64,000 bases of DNA from the NCBI GenBank assembly GCA_043827025.1, contig JBDRPL010000009.1, positions 1-64,000 of the forward strand. The letters are read 5' to 3'. A program made the position numbers and the translations under genes. Every line of letters begins with the position of its first letter. Positions within the stretch are counted from its first letter, which is position 1. The notes beneath the pieces were generated by a model. That model worked only from the letters and a program-made list of their open reading frames with translations, ran no database searches and was not told the DNA's origin. Positions 37,415 to 46,380 of this stretch are shown one piece after another. Origin of the DNA: Candidatus Micrarchaeota archaeon. Lineage in GTDB: Archaea; Micrarchaeota; Micrarchaeia; Anstonellales; Bilamarchaeaceae.

Positions 37415-38563
37415 CTATTCCTTATGTATGAAAACTATCCAGATCCAGCCAATCCCAAGAACAGCGATCAGATAAATTCCAATCCCTGAAATCACATCCC
37501 TGAATCCTACACGTCCGCATTTATGATCTTTTATTCTGGTTCCATTCTCGCATTTCAAATCAACACACTTGTTGTTTTCACATCCCTGTGTTTCACTGCA
37601 ATCTGCTCCAACCATGCATTCGTAATCTACGCACATGTGGTTCTGCGGGTACTGGGCATACTTGCATAATATACTTTCACACATCTTTTCGAAGCACCTC
37701 TGGCTTGCTAGGCATTGGTTGTCAGAACAGCATTCATATTTTATGCACTGATGGTCCAAGATATGTTCGCACGGTTCGCACATGAATGGAATGCATTTAT
37801 TCCCTAAGCATTTGCTTTCTTCAGAACAATCCGAGTTTTCTGCGCATTCGTATTTCGTGCATTTGTTTTGGTCGCAGTATTGCCCGCTCTTGCAATCTTC
37901 CTTCGAGCAACATTCATATTGAATGCAGGTGTGGTTTTGGACATGTCCGCAGCTGCAGTCTAGATCAATGCAGAAATTGCTACTGCATTTCTGGCCGGCT
38001 CCGCAGTCAGCATCAGCACAGCACTCATAAGGTACAAACACATGGTCTACGAAATGGCCGCATTCATTGTTTGTTTGTATTGGTTTGCATTTAGTGGTAC
38101 ACCCGCTTATGCTGCAATACTCGTCGCTTCCGCAATTTGCATCAGTGTAGCATTCATGGCTGGACTTTCTGGTAACTTGTACGTTGTCATTACGGTCCAT
38201 ACAGTACCAGCCTTCGTTGTTTGTACCTCTTCCCTCGACAAATACATATGCGCACTGCTTGAACATCAATATATTGCTCCCAGTGGGTGCAGGGAATCTT
38301 CCAGTGAGGCTTACCTGCATTTCTTCGTTCGGCCCAAGGGTTTTTTCTAATTCTTTCATTCCGAAAATCCCAACATCTTCAATGTAATGCGCCATCTTGG
38401 TGACTGTGATTGTCTCGTCGCCTGTGTTTTGGATATAAACTCTTGACAAGTATGTTCCTTCTTCGACACAGCATCCGTTGCAGTCAAAATCAGAATCCAT
38501 TTCCATAGTAACTGTGCTGAAAGAAAAGGTCAGCACTAACAATACTAGAAGCAGTCTTTTCAT
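37415..38563 (-). CDS. Cys-rich repeat cell-surface protein with signal peptide and C-terminal TM
   Basis: Six (Y/H)EC-x5-C repeats; N-terminal CxxCC domain. Confidence 0.8.
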   Translation of the reverse strand: MKRLLLVLLVLTFSFSTVTMEMDSDFDCNGCCVEEGTYLSRVYIQNTGDETITVTKMAHYIEDVGIFGMKELEKTLGPNEEMQVSLTGRFPAPTGSNILMFKQCAYVFVEGRGTNNEGWYCMDRNDNVQVTRKSSHECYTDANCGSDEYCSISGCTTKCKPIQTNNECGHFVDHVFVPYECCADADCGAGQKCSSNFCIDLDCSCGHVQNHTCIQYECCSKEDCKSGQYCDQNKCTKYECAENSDCSEESKCLGNKCIPFMCEPCEHILDHQCIKYECCSDNQCLASQRCFEKMCESILCKYAQYPQNHMCVDYECMVGADCSETQGCENNKCVDLKCENGTRIKDHKCGRVGFRDVISGIGIYLIAVLGIGWIWIVFIHKE

Positions 38564-39588
38564 TCTAACTCACTCAGTTTATTTTTTATGCCTGAGATGG
38601 AAAGTATCTCATTTGTATCATAGGAATACGTCCTGAAGTCATCCTTTGTAAAAAGCCAGTAAACATCTGTCATTACATTTCCATTTCCCATTCCGTCAAA
38701 ATTTCCATCCTGAGGTTCTACTATATAAATATCCTCAGGATTCTCCTTTCCTTTTTGACCTATGCCCGTTTCCATATGGTAAGTCCCGCCGATTTTTGTG
38801 ACATATCCTCCGATGGAATAGAAGTTACACGGGCACTGGACATATGTGTCCATGTCTACCTTGACTCTTATTTCTGATTCCCTGCAGCTCGACTGCAAAT
38901 TCTTGTATTCAGTTCTCAGCCATGCTGCCATGTAAAGCGCAAAATCATCACAGTCACCCTGCTTGGAAAGCCAGAATGTGTTTAAATCGAATATTCTCTG
39001 TCCGTCTGCAAAGTTTGAGGTTGTTTGGTCGTCTACCCATACGAATCCAAGGCATTTTGTCATGTCTCTTCCCATTTTGTTTGCGTCTATAATGCAATTT
39101 TTAGCCGGATTTCCACAATAGCTGTGGATTTTATTTTCCTGTTCTTTAGATATCAGACTGTTGGAGCTTACGAAGTTTTCAAGGTTGTCCAGGTTGTATA
39201 TGATGTTTTCCACTTCTTTTTTTGTGGTTAATAATTCTTCTGCCTTTAATTTCAGGAGCGCATTGTTCTCCATGACTTTGTCCTGAAGGGCATCAGCCCT
39301 TTCAACTTCGCTTTCAAGACGAGCCTGCAGGTCTGAATTGTCTGTTTCCTTGGCTTGCAGTTCGTCTTTGCAGACACCGAGCTCCTTTTGTTGCTCTCTT
39401 CTGAGGTTTGTTTCTTGTTTTGTGTTGTTCCCCTGCACTAAGTACATGTTCATATATTTTTCTTTTTCATCACTTTCTTTTGCATATAATGAGAAATGTC
39501 TTTCATTTTCGATGAAAAAGTAGACTGCCAAGAGTATCACCAAAAAAGGCAAAGCCATTGAGATTATGTTTTTGACATTGATTTCCAT
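38560..39588 (-). CDS. Membrane-anchored coiled-coil protein with transglutaminase-like Cys catalytic domain
   Basis: N-terminal TM, coiled coil, GDCDDFALY nucleophile motif, YH, IVEPQ; ATGA overlap with the Cys-rich gene. Confidence 0.7.
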   Translation of the reverse strand: MEINVKNIISMALPFLVILLAVYFFIENERHFSLYAKESDEKEKYMNMYLVQGNNTKQETNLRREQQKELGVCKDELQAKETDNSDLQARLESEVERADALQDKVMENNALLKLKAEELLTTKKEVENIIYNLDNLENFVSSNSLISKEQENKIHSYCGNPAKNCIIDANKMGRDMTKCLGFVWVDDQTTSNFADGQRIFDLNTFWLSKQGDCDDFALYMAAWLRTEYKNLQSSCRESEIRVKVDMDTYVQCPCNFYSIGGYVTKIGGTYHMETGIGQKGKENPEDIYIVEPQDGNFDGMGNGNVMTDVYWLFTKDDFRTYSYDTNEILSISGIKNKLSELE

Positions 39589-39755
39589 GCTTTTATCTTT
39601 AGCTGGAAATTTAAAATCGTTTGCAAAATCAGTTTTGTCCTTTCCTTTCTAAATGAAAAACATGTATTTTTAAATTGTTATAATAAGTAAACTATTAAGG
39701 TTGAAAATAAGAAAAGATTTTTAAATATATTTAGTATAAAACGTGTTGAACAAAA

Positions 39756-40187
39756 ATGGAAGAATTAGTACATTTGCATTTGACTGTGAATGCCCGGGTC
39801 GATCCAACCTTTGCAGAATTTTCAAAGGAAAAGGCCCAAGCATTTGTGGATGAATTAATGGGAATTACTGGCATGAAGCCTTTAGGCCCTCTAAACTGGG
39901 CCGATGCCACTGATTTGGATTTTCCAGGCCAGAGCATCGTTCAGATGATAACGACCAGTCATTCAAGTTTGCATTATTTCTCTGATACCAAGGAGATCTA
40001 CTTTGATATTTACTCCTGCAAACAGTATGATTACAAAAAAGTGCTGAAGTTGCTGGATAGGACCTTCATGATCAAGGAATGGCATGGTGTATTATATAAT
40101 CGGGCGAATGGCAAAGAACCAAAGGTAAAATCAGTTGGTTCCGAGAAAGTTATTATAGTTGCAAGGGAACCAAGCCTGTTTAAGTGA
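39756..40187 (+). CDS. speD: Pyruvoyl-dependent S-adenosylmethionine decarboxylase-like proenzyme
   Basis: G.SIVQMITTSHSSLHYF...FDIYSCK; SpeD class 1B pattern. Confidence 0.75.
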   Translation: MEELVHLHLTVNARVDPTFAEFSKEKAQAFVDELMGITGMKPLGPLNWADATDLDFPGQSIVQMITTSHSSLHYFSDTKEIYFDIYSCKQYDYKKVLKLLDRTFMIKEWHGVLYNRANGKEPKVKSVGSEKVIIVAREPSLFK

Positions 40188-40209
40188 AAAATGGAAAAAC
40201 TTATTTTTA

Positions 40210-40326
40210 TCATGCTTCGGCAATATTAGCATCGGTGGCCTCTGCTGCCACCCCATAATTTCGGGCCGTTAAATAAGATGCATTTTCCAAATCAACAATC
40301 CTTTTTTGAATTTGAACTCTTGCCAT
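40210..40326 (-). CDS. Micro-protein (38 aa), hypothetical
   Basis: GAGGTGG RBS 4 nt before ATG; MARVQIQKRIVDLENASYLTARNYGVAAEATDANIAEA. Confidence 0.55.
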   Translation of the reverse strand: MARVQIQKRIVDLENASYLTARNYGVAAEATDANIAEA

Positions 40327-40433
40327 ATTTCCACCTCAAACTAGATTTGATATGCGTTAATATTAAGAATCTAATTGAACGAGACATCGGCAAAGCTTCA
40401 AGAATAGAACGTTCCAAATTATGCATTTATAAT

Positions 40434-42188
40434 CTACTCTTTCTTTTCCTTTGTTTTCTCTGTTGTACTGTCTTTTAGTTTGGGCCTTGTTCTTAAGTAT
40501 ACGAGCGTAAGGGCAGCGGTTATCACAACAACTATCAGTAGTGCATAATCCAGTTTTTCATCATCAAAAATTATTCCGCGTTTCTTCTTTTTGTCAATTT
40601 CAGTGTCTGTTTTATCTGCCATTGTGCTTCCTGATGCAATTGGCGTTCCGTTCTTAGAGAACTTAAAGTCATAAACTCCTGCATTGTCTGCCATTAATAT
40701 TGCTCTTCCCTTTTCATCAGTTATGATTGTTTTCTTCTCCCCATTAGGGTCTGTTATCGTGACAGTTGTTCCCTGGGATGGCTTTCCGCATTCATTCACT
40801 TGTATGTTTATGTTGTCACCAACATTTACTGTTGGAGGGATTGTTGTCTGGTATTCTGTGCAATCTTTCATATCTGTGCATTCTCCTGCCCTGCAATACT
40901 CGGTGTCTGCACAATCCTGGCTTGTGGTGCATTTGGTTTTTCCCCCATTATTCCCATTAGGGGGTGTTATCCCGCCATTGCAATTGAAATCATAATCCGT
41001 TTCATACATCCCGCCATCTGTGTATCCTGAAGCATATACGCTTATTCTGTGAGTTCCGTAATTTAGGTTCATACTTGTCTGGCCTGAGGCGTCTGTCTGG
41101 AAAGGCACTTCATCAACAGTTACATATGCGTTTTGGATAGGCCCGGTTACTGAATCTGTAACTGTGACTATAATTCCGTTTGGGCAATCATTGCTTATTT
41201 CCACTTCAATATGGCCTTTGTCCATACACGCGTGGTCATAGCATATTTTACCTGTGCCGCATTCAGTATCAGAGCAGCAGGTATATGTGGTCCATGCATG
41301 ATGTTCTATCTTTCCGCATGTGCCATGTGTTTCGACTTCCCTGCATTTTGAATAGCATGAGGTTCCGGCATTATAACAGTATTCATTGTCCTTGCAGTCA
41401 TCATTTGTTTCGCATTCGTAGCTTGTCTTGGAAGCCAGCTTGAATATTTTAGGTTCGCATTCGATCATTTCGTAAGGAGTTCCCTGATTGTTTTCAAAAT
41501 AAACGCAAACATCATATTCCAAATTGTATTCCTTTGTTTCTGGCAATTCCCCTGAGATCTCAAAGGCGTCATTTTCCAGCATGTTTATTCTGGTCCCTGT
41601 TGCATCAGTGTAATTTCCAAATAGCATCCCATCCTTTGTTTTCAGCTCGATTTTCTTTACCTTTATTTCATTGTATGGGTTATTGTTAGTCACCTCTGCA
41701 ATTCCAAGGTATGTGCTTTCCGAGAAGCAGCATCCGTCTTGGCATCTGAAGTGGACGTTAGTTTCAATTCTATCGCTCGGATTATATGTGCACTCTACTT
41801 CTGAGTCATAGAGATGCACACTTTTCGTTCCGCTGCAATCCCATTGCGTATTCCCTGGAGTCCCTCCGATTTCCTCGTACTGGGCACATATAAAATAATA
41901 TGCGTCATTCTCATTTGGGAGTAATCCGCTTACTAAGTATGTTCCTGAAAGACCAACTGAGATATGCTGTCCATTTAGGTCAGTCCATGTTCCGAAAACC
42001 TGGTTGTTTGACATCAGCCTGAGTTCTATGGCATATATATTTATTGCAGCGTTGTGGTCATTTACTATTTCCACATTTGCAGAATATGTCTGGCCTTTTG
42101 TGCAGCAGCTTCCGCAGTTGAATGCTGCAGTTCCATCAATTGCAAACAGTGTTCCAATGACCAATAGTAACAAAACGAGCTTTTTCAT
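40434..42188 (-). CDS. Cys-rich modular cell-surface protein (two CxxCC domains, Cys module, Ig/carboxypeptidase-regulatory-like domains, TM)
   Basis: Signal peptide; FNCGSCC and FRCQDGCC; ECETNDDC...CCSDTEC; TDASG and TDEKG strands; C-terminal TM with basic tail. Confidence 0.8.
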   Translation of the reverse strand: MKKLVLLLLVIGTLFAIDGTAAFNCGSCCTKGQTYSANVEIVNDHNAAINIYAIELRLMSNNQVFGTWTDLNGQHISVGLSGTYLVSGLLPNENDAYYFICAQYEEIGGTPGNTQWDCSGTKSVHLYDSEVECTYNPSDRIETNVHFRCQDGCCFSESTYLGIAEVTNNNPYNEIKVKKIELKTKDGMLFGNYTDATGTRINMLENDAFEISGELPETKEYNLEYDVCVYFENNQGTPYEMIECEPKIFKLASKTSYECETNDDCKDNEYCYNAGTSCYSKCREVETHGTCGKIEHHAWTTYTCCSDTECGTGKICYDHACMDKGHIEVEISNDCPNGIIVTVTDSVTGPIQNAYVTVDEVPFQTDASGQTSMNLNYGTHRISVYASGYTDGGMYETDYDFNCNGGITPPNGNNGGKTKCTTSQDCADTEYCRAGECTDMKDCTEYQTTIPPTVNVGDNINIQVNECGKPSQGTTVTITDPNGEKKTIITDEKGRAILMADNAGVYDFKFSKNGTPIASGSTMADKTDTEIDKKKKRGIIFDDEKLDYALLIVVVITAALTLVYLRTRPKLKDSTTEKTKEKKE

Positions 42189-42276
42189 GCTAAACTATCT
42201 ATTATTCCTCTTTTATTTCTTTCTGTGGCGGAGATAAGTTGCATTTATAATACTTTTGTGGAATATATTTACTAAT

Positions 42277-42423
42277 GCCAATCCCAGGACCAAGAGGTTC
42301 GCCGGGCCATCTGTAGCCTGCAGCGGAATGTCAGGACAAAGAACTTTATAGAAAAATAGGCCGGATAAGAAGGGAAATGACCCGCGAACGGCAGAGAGGA
42401 AATCAAAACTGGAAAGCATTGGT
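42277..42423 (+). ncRNA. Candidate structured ncRNA, family unknown
   Basis: TTTATAA at 42244; terminal stem GCCAAT/ATTGGT; inner stem GTTCGCCGGGCCAT/ATGACCCGCGAAC; GC-rich relative to flanks; T-run after. Confidence 0.55.
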
Positions 42424-42465
42424 AATTGCTTAGTTTTTTTAGCCTATCTGACCAAATCCTAGTCT

Positions 42466-43248
42466 ATGTCGTCCAACCTTATCAAATTTGCAGAGGAGAA
42501 CAAAACTGTTTTATGTTTCGGTGTTGATCCTGTAAAGGAGAAGATGCCGTCTGGCGTTTCAATCTCGAACTTTTTCGGTTCAATGATTGACACGCTTCTC
42601 AACGAGCACCAGATTGCTTCCATAAAGCCTAACTATGCTTTCTTTGCTCAGTATGGGTTTGATGGCCTGAAAGAGCTAAAGCATTTGCTTGACAAATACA
42701 AAAACAAAACACATATCATACTTGATGCAAAACGCGGAGACATTGGAAACACAGGCAAGGCCTATGCAAAGGAAATATTCGATTTCTGGGGTGCAGATGC
42801 TGTTACCATTTCGCCTTACATGGGATTTGATTCAGTCGAGCCCTTCCTGAGGGAAGGAAAAACAGTTTACATGCTCTGTAAAACATCAAACAAGGGTTCG
42901 AATGATTTTCAGGAAATAGCTGATTCAAAAGGAGAAAAACTATACACGCACGTAGCAAAAAAGGCAGTTGAATGGAAAACTGGTTTGGTTGTTGGAGCAA
43001 CAAGTGATTCCATCGATTCAATTATAAATATTACAAAAGGACAAATTCCATTCCTGATTCCAGGAGTTGGAACACAAGGTGGGGATTTGGAAATGGTTCT
43101 CAATGCCATTAAAGCAAATCCAATGATACACAGGATAAATTCTTCTTCTGGAATCTCTTATGCCTATCAAAAAACAGGAGAAAAGCCTGAAGTTTCGGCA
43201 TTGAATGAGGCAAAGAAGCTCAATTCCCTGATTGGCAGATTATTCTAA
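42466..43248 (+). CDS. pyrF: Orotidine 5'-phosphate decarboxylase
   Basis: CFGVDP, KPN, DAKRGDIGNT, SPYMG, KTSN, VVGAT and PGVGTQGG motifs. Confidence 0.95.
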   Translation: MSSNLIKFAEENKTVLCFGVDPVKEKMPSGVSISNFFGSMIDTLLNEHQIASIKPNYAFFAQYGFDGLKELKHLLDKYKNKTHIILDAKRGDIGNTGKAYAKEIFDFWGADAVTISPYMGFDSVEPFLREGKTVYMLCKTSNKGSNDFQEIADSKGEKLYTHVAKKAVEWKTGLVVGATSDSIDSIINITKGQIPFLIPGVGTQGGDLEMVLNAIKANPMIHRINSSSGISYAYQKTGEKPEVSALNEAKKLNSLIGRLF

Positions 43249-43992
43249 TTTTTCATTTGTCCCTTCACTTTTATTCATCTCTTCAATTTCTTCCTGGTTT
43301 TTGCCTTCCACTTTTTTCTTTTCATCCTTTTTTTCTTCGCGTTTCAAATACTCAGGCATTTCCTTTTCCTTTGCCCTATTCTCTGCAAGCCTCATGAGCA
43401 CCCAGCTTGCAACGCCAATAACTGCGAATACTATCATCAGAGTCACAAGAAGGCTTTTTGTCCAGTCCGTTATGATTATCTGGAACTTTGCAACCATTGC
43501 CTTATTTTCCGATGTCTGAGAGATATCTGAGAAAAAGTTCGGGAAAATCGCGCCAAATATGATTGGGATTATAAGCCAAAGCACCGCCATGCTGACAACA
43601 TACATTATGGAATTGTTCCTAAAGCTGCGGAATATGTCTGTGAATGTAAGTGCAATATTCCTGTTCTTAAGATAAAGCAAAAATGAGGCAATTGCTATAA
43701 GTATGATTATTGCAGGGAACACAATGTTTTTCATTTGGTTAAGTCCTATCTGCTCGCCTATTGTTCCGAACTGCGAATCCAACATTTTATCAAAATCGTC
43801 AGAATTTTGTTGTGGTACATTTACAAATTCCTTGATCTCTTTCTTGAGCTCAACAAGCTTGTCCGGGAGTATGGCTCCGGTGACTGCAAGAAATATCAGC
43901 AGAAATGCAACTAAAAAGGCCAGCCCTGCAAGCTTTCCCAAAACAAAATCCTTTATTCCCATAATAAAAACCTGATTTTCATACTTGTGCAC
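43240..43992 (-). CDS. Four-TM membrane protein, hypothetical (start possibly 43962)
   Basis: Four hydrophobic segments, charged tail. Confidence 0.6.
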   Translation of the reverse strand: MHKYENQVFIMGIKDFVLGKLAGLAFLVAFLLIFLAVTGAILPDKLVELKKEIKEFVNVPQQNSDDFDKMLDSQFGTIGEQIGLNQMKNIVFPAIIILIAIASFLLYLKNRNIALTFTDIFRSFRNNSIMYVVSMAVLWLIIPIIFGAIFPNFFSDISQTSENKAMVAKFQIIITDWTKSLLVTLMIVFAVIGVASWVLMRLAENRAKEKEMPEYLKREEKKDEKKKVEGKNQEEIEEMNKSEGTNEKLE

Positions 43993-44238
43993 TTAAACCT
44001 GTATTCCAATGAATTTCAATACTATCAATATCAATAAACCCGGTATTCCGCCTATTGCTGCAACAATTACAGTGACTGCAGTTATAGGAAGTATCCCGAA
44101 GAAATAGCACAGAAAGAGCCCTACGATTGAAATCACAGTTTGTATTAATAGTTTGGCAATGCTCTTCAATACTTTGAAAAGCACGAAGCTCAATACCACT
44201 GCAAGCCCAGTATATCCAAGAATTCCAATGACATCCAT
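43993..44238 (-). CDS. BofA-like small membrane protein
   Basis: LPITAVTVIVAAIGGIPGLLIL motif. Confidence 0.6.
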   Translation of the reverse strand: MDVIGILGYTGLAVVLSFVLFKVLKSIAKLLIQTVISIVGLFLCYFFGILPITAVTVIVAAIGGIPGLLILIVLKFIGIQV

Positions 44239-44309
44239 GCTTTTGATTCGAATCGCAAGTATTAAAATAGTTCTGTCTGAATCTATTCTAGAATTTCAGA
44301 GGTGGTAGA

Positions 44310-46295
44310 GTGGTAACATTAGCTTTGTCTTTAGCATTTGCAATTGGCATCATTACCCTGTTGTATGCAGGATGGCTTACAAGGGGAGTGATGCAGGCAA
44401 AGAGCGGAGACGCAAAGATGCAGCAGATATCCAAAGCAATACAGGAGGGCGCTAATGCTTTCTTGATGAGGCAATACAAAACATTGTTGCCCCTTGTCGT
44501 GGTTCTGCTTGCAATAATTGGATATTTCATAAGTTTCAATACAGGAATTGCATTTCTTGCAGGAGTATTATCTTCTGCTTTGGCAGGATATGTCGGCATG
44601 CAGGTTTCTGTTCGTGCAAATGTAAGAGTGGCTCAAGCAGCCAGTTCTGGCCTGGATCAGGCACTGAGCCTTGCATTCAGAGGCGGTTCTGTAACTGGAA
44701 TGGCATTGACGGGTCTTGGATTAGTTGGCCTTTCTGCTCTTTACTTTGCATTTGGTGCAGATCAGGCAGCACTTGTTCCCTTGATTGGATATGGGTTCGG
44801 TGCATCTTTGATTTCACTGTTCGCAAGGGTTGGCGGCGGAATCTACACAAAAGCAGCAGATGTTGGTGCTGACCTTGTTGGTAAAGTTGAGAAGGGAATA
44901 CCTGAAGATGACCCAAGGAATCCTGCAGTGATTGCAGACAACGTTGGAGACAATGTTGGTGATTGCGCAGGCATGGCAGCAGATGTGTTTGAATCATTTG
45001 TTGTCACCATAATCGCAGCAATGCTTCTTGGCGGTGCGCTGGTTAACAATATGGAGATTCCACTTGCAATAGGTGCATTGGGAGTTCTCGCAAGCATAAT
45101 TGGCTCGTTATTTGTCAGATTGGGAAAGAGCAAGAAAATCATGGGCGCATTTTACATGGGTATTGGCGTAAGCGCAGTGTTCCTGTTGATCTTGTCATAT
45201 GCATACTTGAATTACATAGGGGACGTTTCATTGTTTCCTGTAATCATAGTGGGTGCATTGGTGACTGGAATAATGTTTTATGTAACTGAATACTACACAG
45301 GAAAGGAATACGGGCCAGTGCAGCAGGTCGCAGCAGCATCAAAAACAGGTGCTGGAACAAATATCATACAAGGTCTTGCAATTGGAATGCAGTCTACTGT
45401 AATTCCAGTATTATTAATTGTAATTGCAATTGCCATTTCGTACACAGTAGGTGGATTGTTTGGAATAGCAGTTGCTGCAGCAGCAATGCTTTCATTGTCT
45501 GGCATAGTGATTGCAGTTGACTCATATGGTCCAATCACTGATAATGCAGGTGGAATAGCTGAGATGAGCGGATTGCCTCCAAATGTGAGGAAAATAACTG
45601 ATGAGCTGGATTCTGTTGGAAACACAACAAAGGCAACGACAAAAGGTTTTGCCATAGTTGGTGCAGCACTTGGCGCACTTGCGCTTTTCGCTGCTTTCAG
45701 CGAAGCCACGGGCTTGACAGTGATTAATCTGTTGATGCCACAGGTTACTATAGGTCTGTTCATCGGAGCAGCGCTTCCATTCATCTTCTCCAGCCTTTTG
45801 ATGACTGCTGTTGGTAAAGCAGCATTTGAGATTGTTGAAGAGGTAAGGAGACAGTTCCGTGAGATAAAGGGATTGATGGAAGGCACTGGAAAAGCTGACT
45901 ATGCAAGATGCGTTGACATTTCGACAAAAACAGCTTTGAAAGAACTTGTTGTTCCTGGAATCATCGCAGTCTTCACTCCATTGGTTGTTGGCCTTCTGTT
46001 CGGTGCAGAGGCTCTTGCAGGCCTATTGGCAGGGGTTATTGCATCTGGTCTGCTCATGGCATTGTTCATGTGCAACGCAGGCGCAGCCTGGGACAATGGA
46101 AAGAAATACGTTGAAGATGGCAACTTCGGTGGCAAGGGAAGCGATGCTCACAAGGCAGCAGTTGTTGGTGACACAGTTGGGGATCCATTGAAGGATACGG
46201 CCGGTCCAGCATTGAATGCTTTGATTAAAGTAGTAAATACGGTTTCACTTGTGTTTGCTTCTTTGATATTGGCGTATGGGATACATCTGATTTAG
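44310..46295 (+). CDS. hppA: Membrane-integral pyrophosphatase, K+-independent H+-pumping type
   Basis: GGGIYTKAADVGADLVGKVE, DNVGDNVGD, DNAGG, GDTVGDPLKD; GNTTKA (Lys) determinant. Confidence 0.95.
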   Translation: MVTLALSLAFAIGIITLLYAGWLTRGVMQAKSGDAKMQQISKAIQEGANAFLMRQYKTLLPLVVVLLAIIGYFISFNTGIAFLAGVLSSALAGYVGMQVSVRANVRVAQAASSGLDQALSLAFRGGSVTGMALTGLGLVGLSALYFAFGADQAALVPLIGYGFGASLISLFARVGGGIYTKAADVGADLVGKVEKGIPEDDPRNPAVIADNVGDNVGDCAGMAADVFESFVVTIIAAMLLGGALVNNMEIPLAIGALGVLASIIGSLFVRLGKSKKIMGAFYMGIGVSAVFLLILSYAYLNYIGDVSLFPVIIVGALVTGIMFYVTEYYTGKEYGPVQQVAAASKTGAGTNIIQGLAIGMQSTVIPVLLIVIAIAISYTVGGLFGIAVAAAAMLSLSGIVIAVDSYGPITDNAGGIAEMSGLPPNVRKITDELDSVGNTTKATTKGFAIVGAALGALALFAAFSEATGLTVINLLMPQVTIGLFIGAALPFIFSSLLMTAVGKAAFEIVEEVRRQFREIKGLMEGTGKADYARCVDISTKTALKELVVPGIIAVFTPLVVGLLFGAEALAGLLAGVIASGLLMALFMCNAGAAWDNGKKYVEDGNFGGKGSDAHKAAVVGDTVGDPLKDTAGPALNALIKVVNTVSLVFASLILAYGIHLI

Positions 46296-46380
46296 GTCTT
46301 GGGTCTAGCGTCCTGAGTTTCGAATCCTTATTTTTTATTTTTCTTTTCTTATTAGGCGCTATCACATCTATTTTTAATGA

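Noticed and set aside
39590..39755. Replication origin in AT-rich intergenic gaps (also 32925-33050)
   Set aside because: No ORB-like repeats with G-strings and no adjacent orc1/cdc6 gene
40215..40280. Pistol-ribozyme-like or riboswitch motif (GGGCCGTTAAATA, GGTGGC/GCCACC stem)
   Set aside because: The required pseudoknot and P3 are not found; the region is explained by the RBS-led 38-aa ORF on the minus strand
42277..42423. RNase P RNA or 5S rRNA
   Set aside because: No properly placed P4 strands and no 5S loop C or loop E motifs on either strand; retained only as an unknown ncRNA
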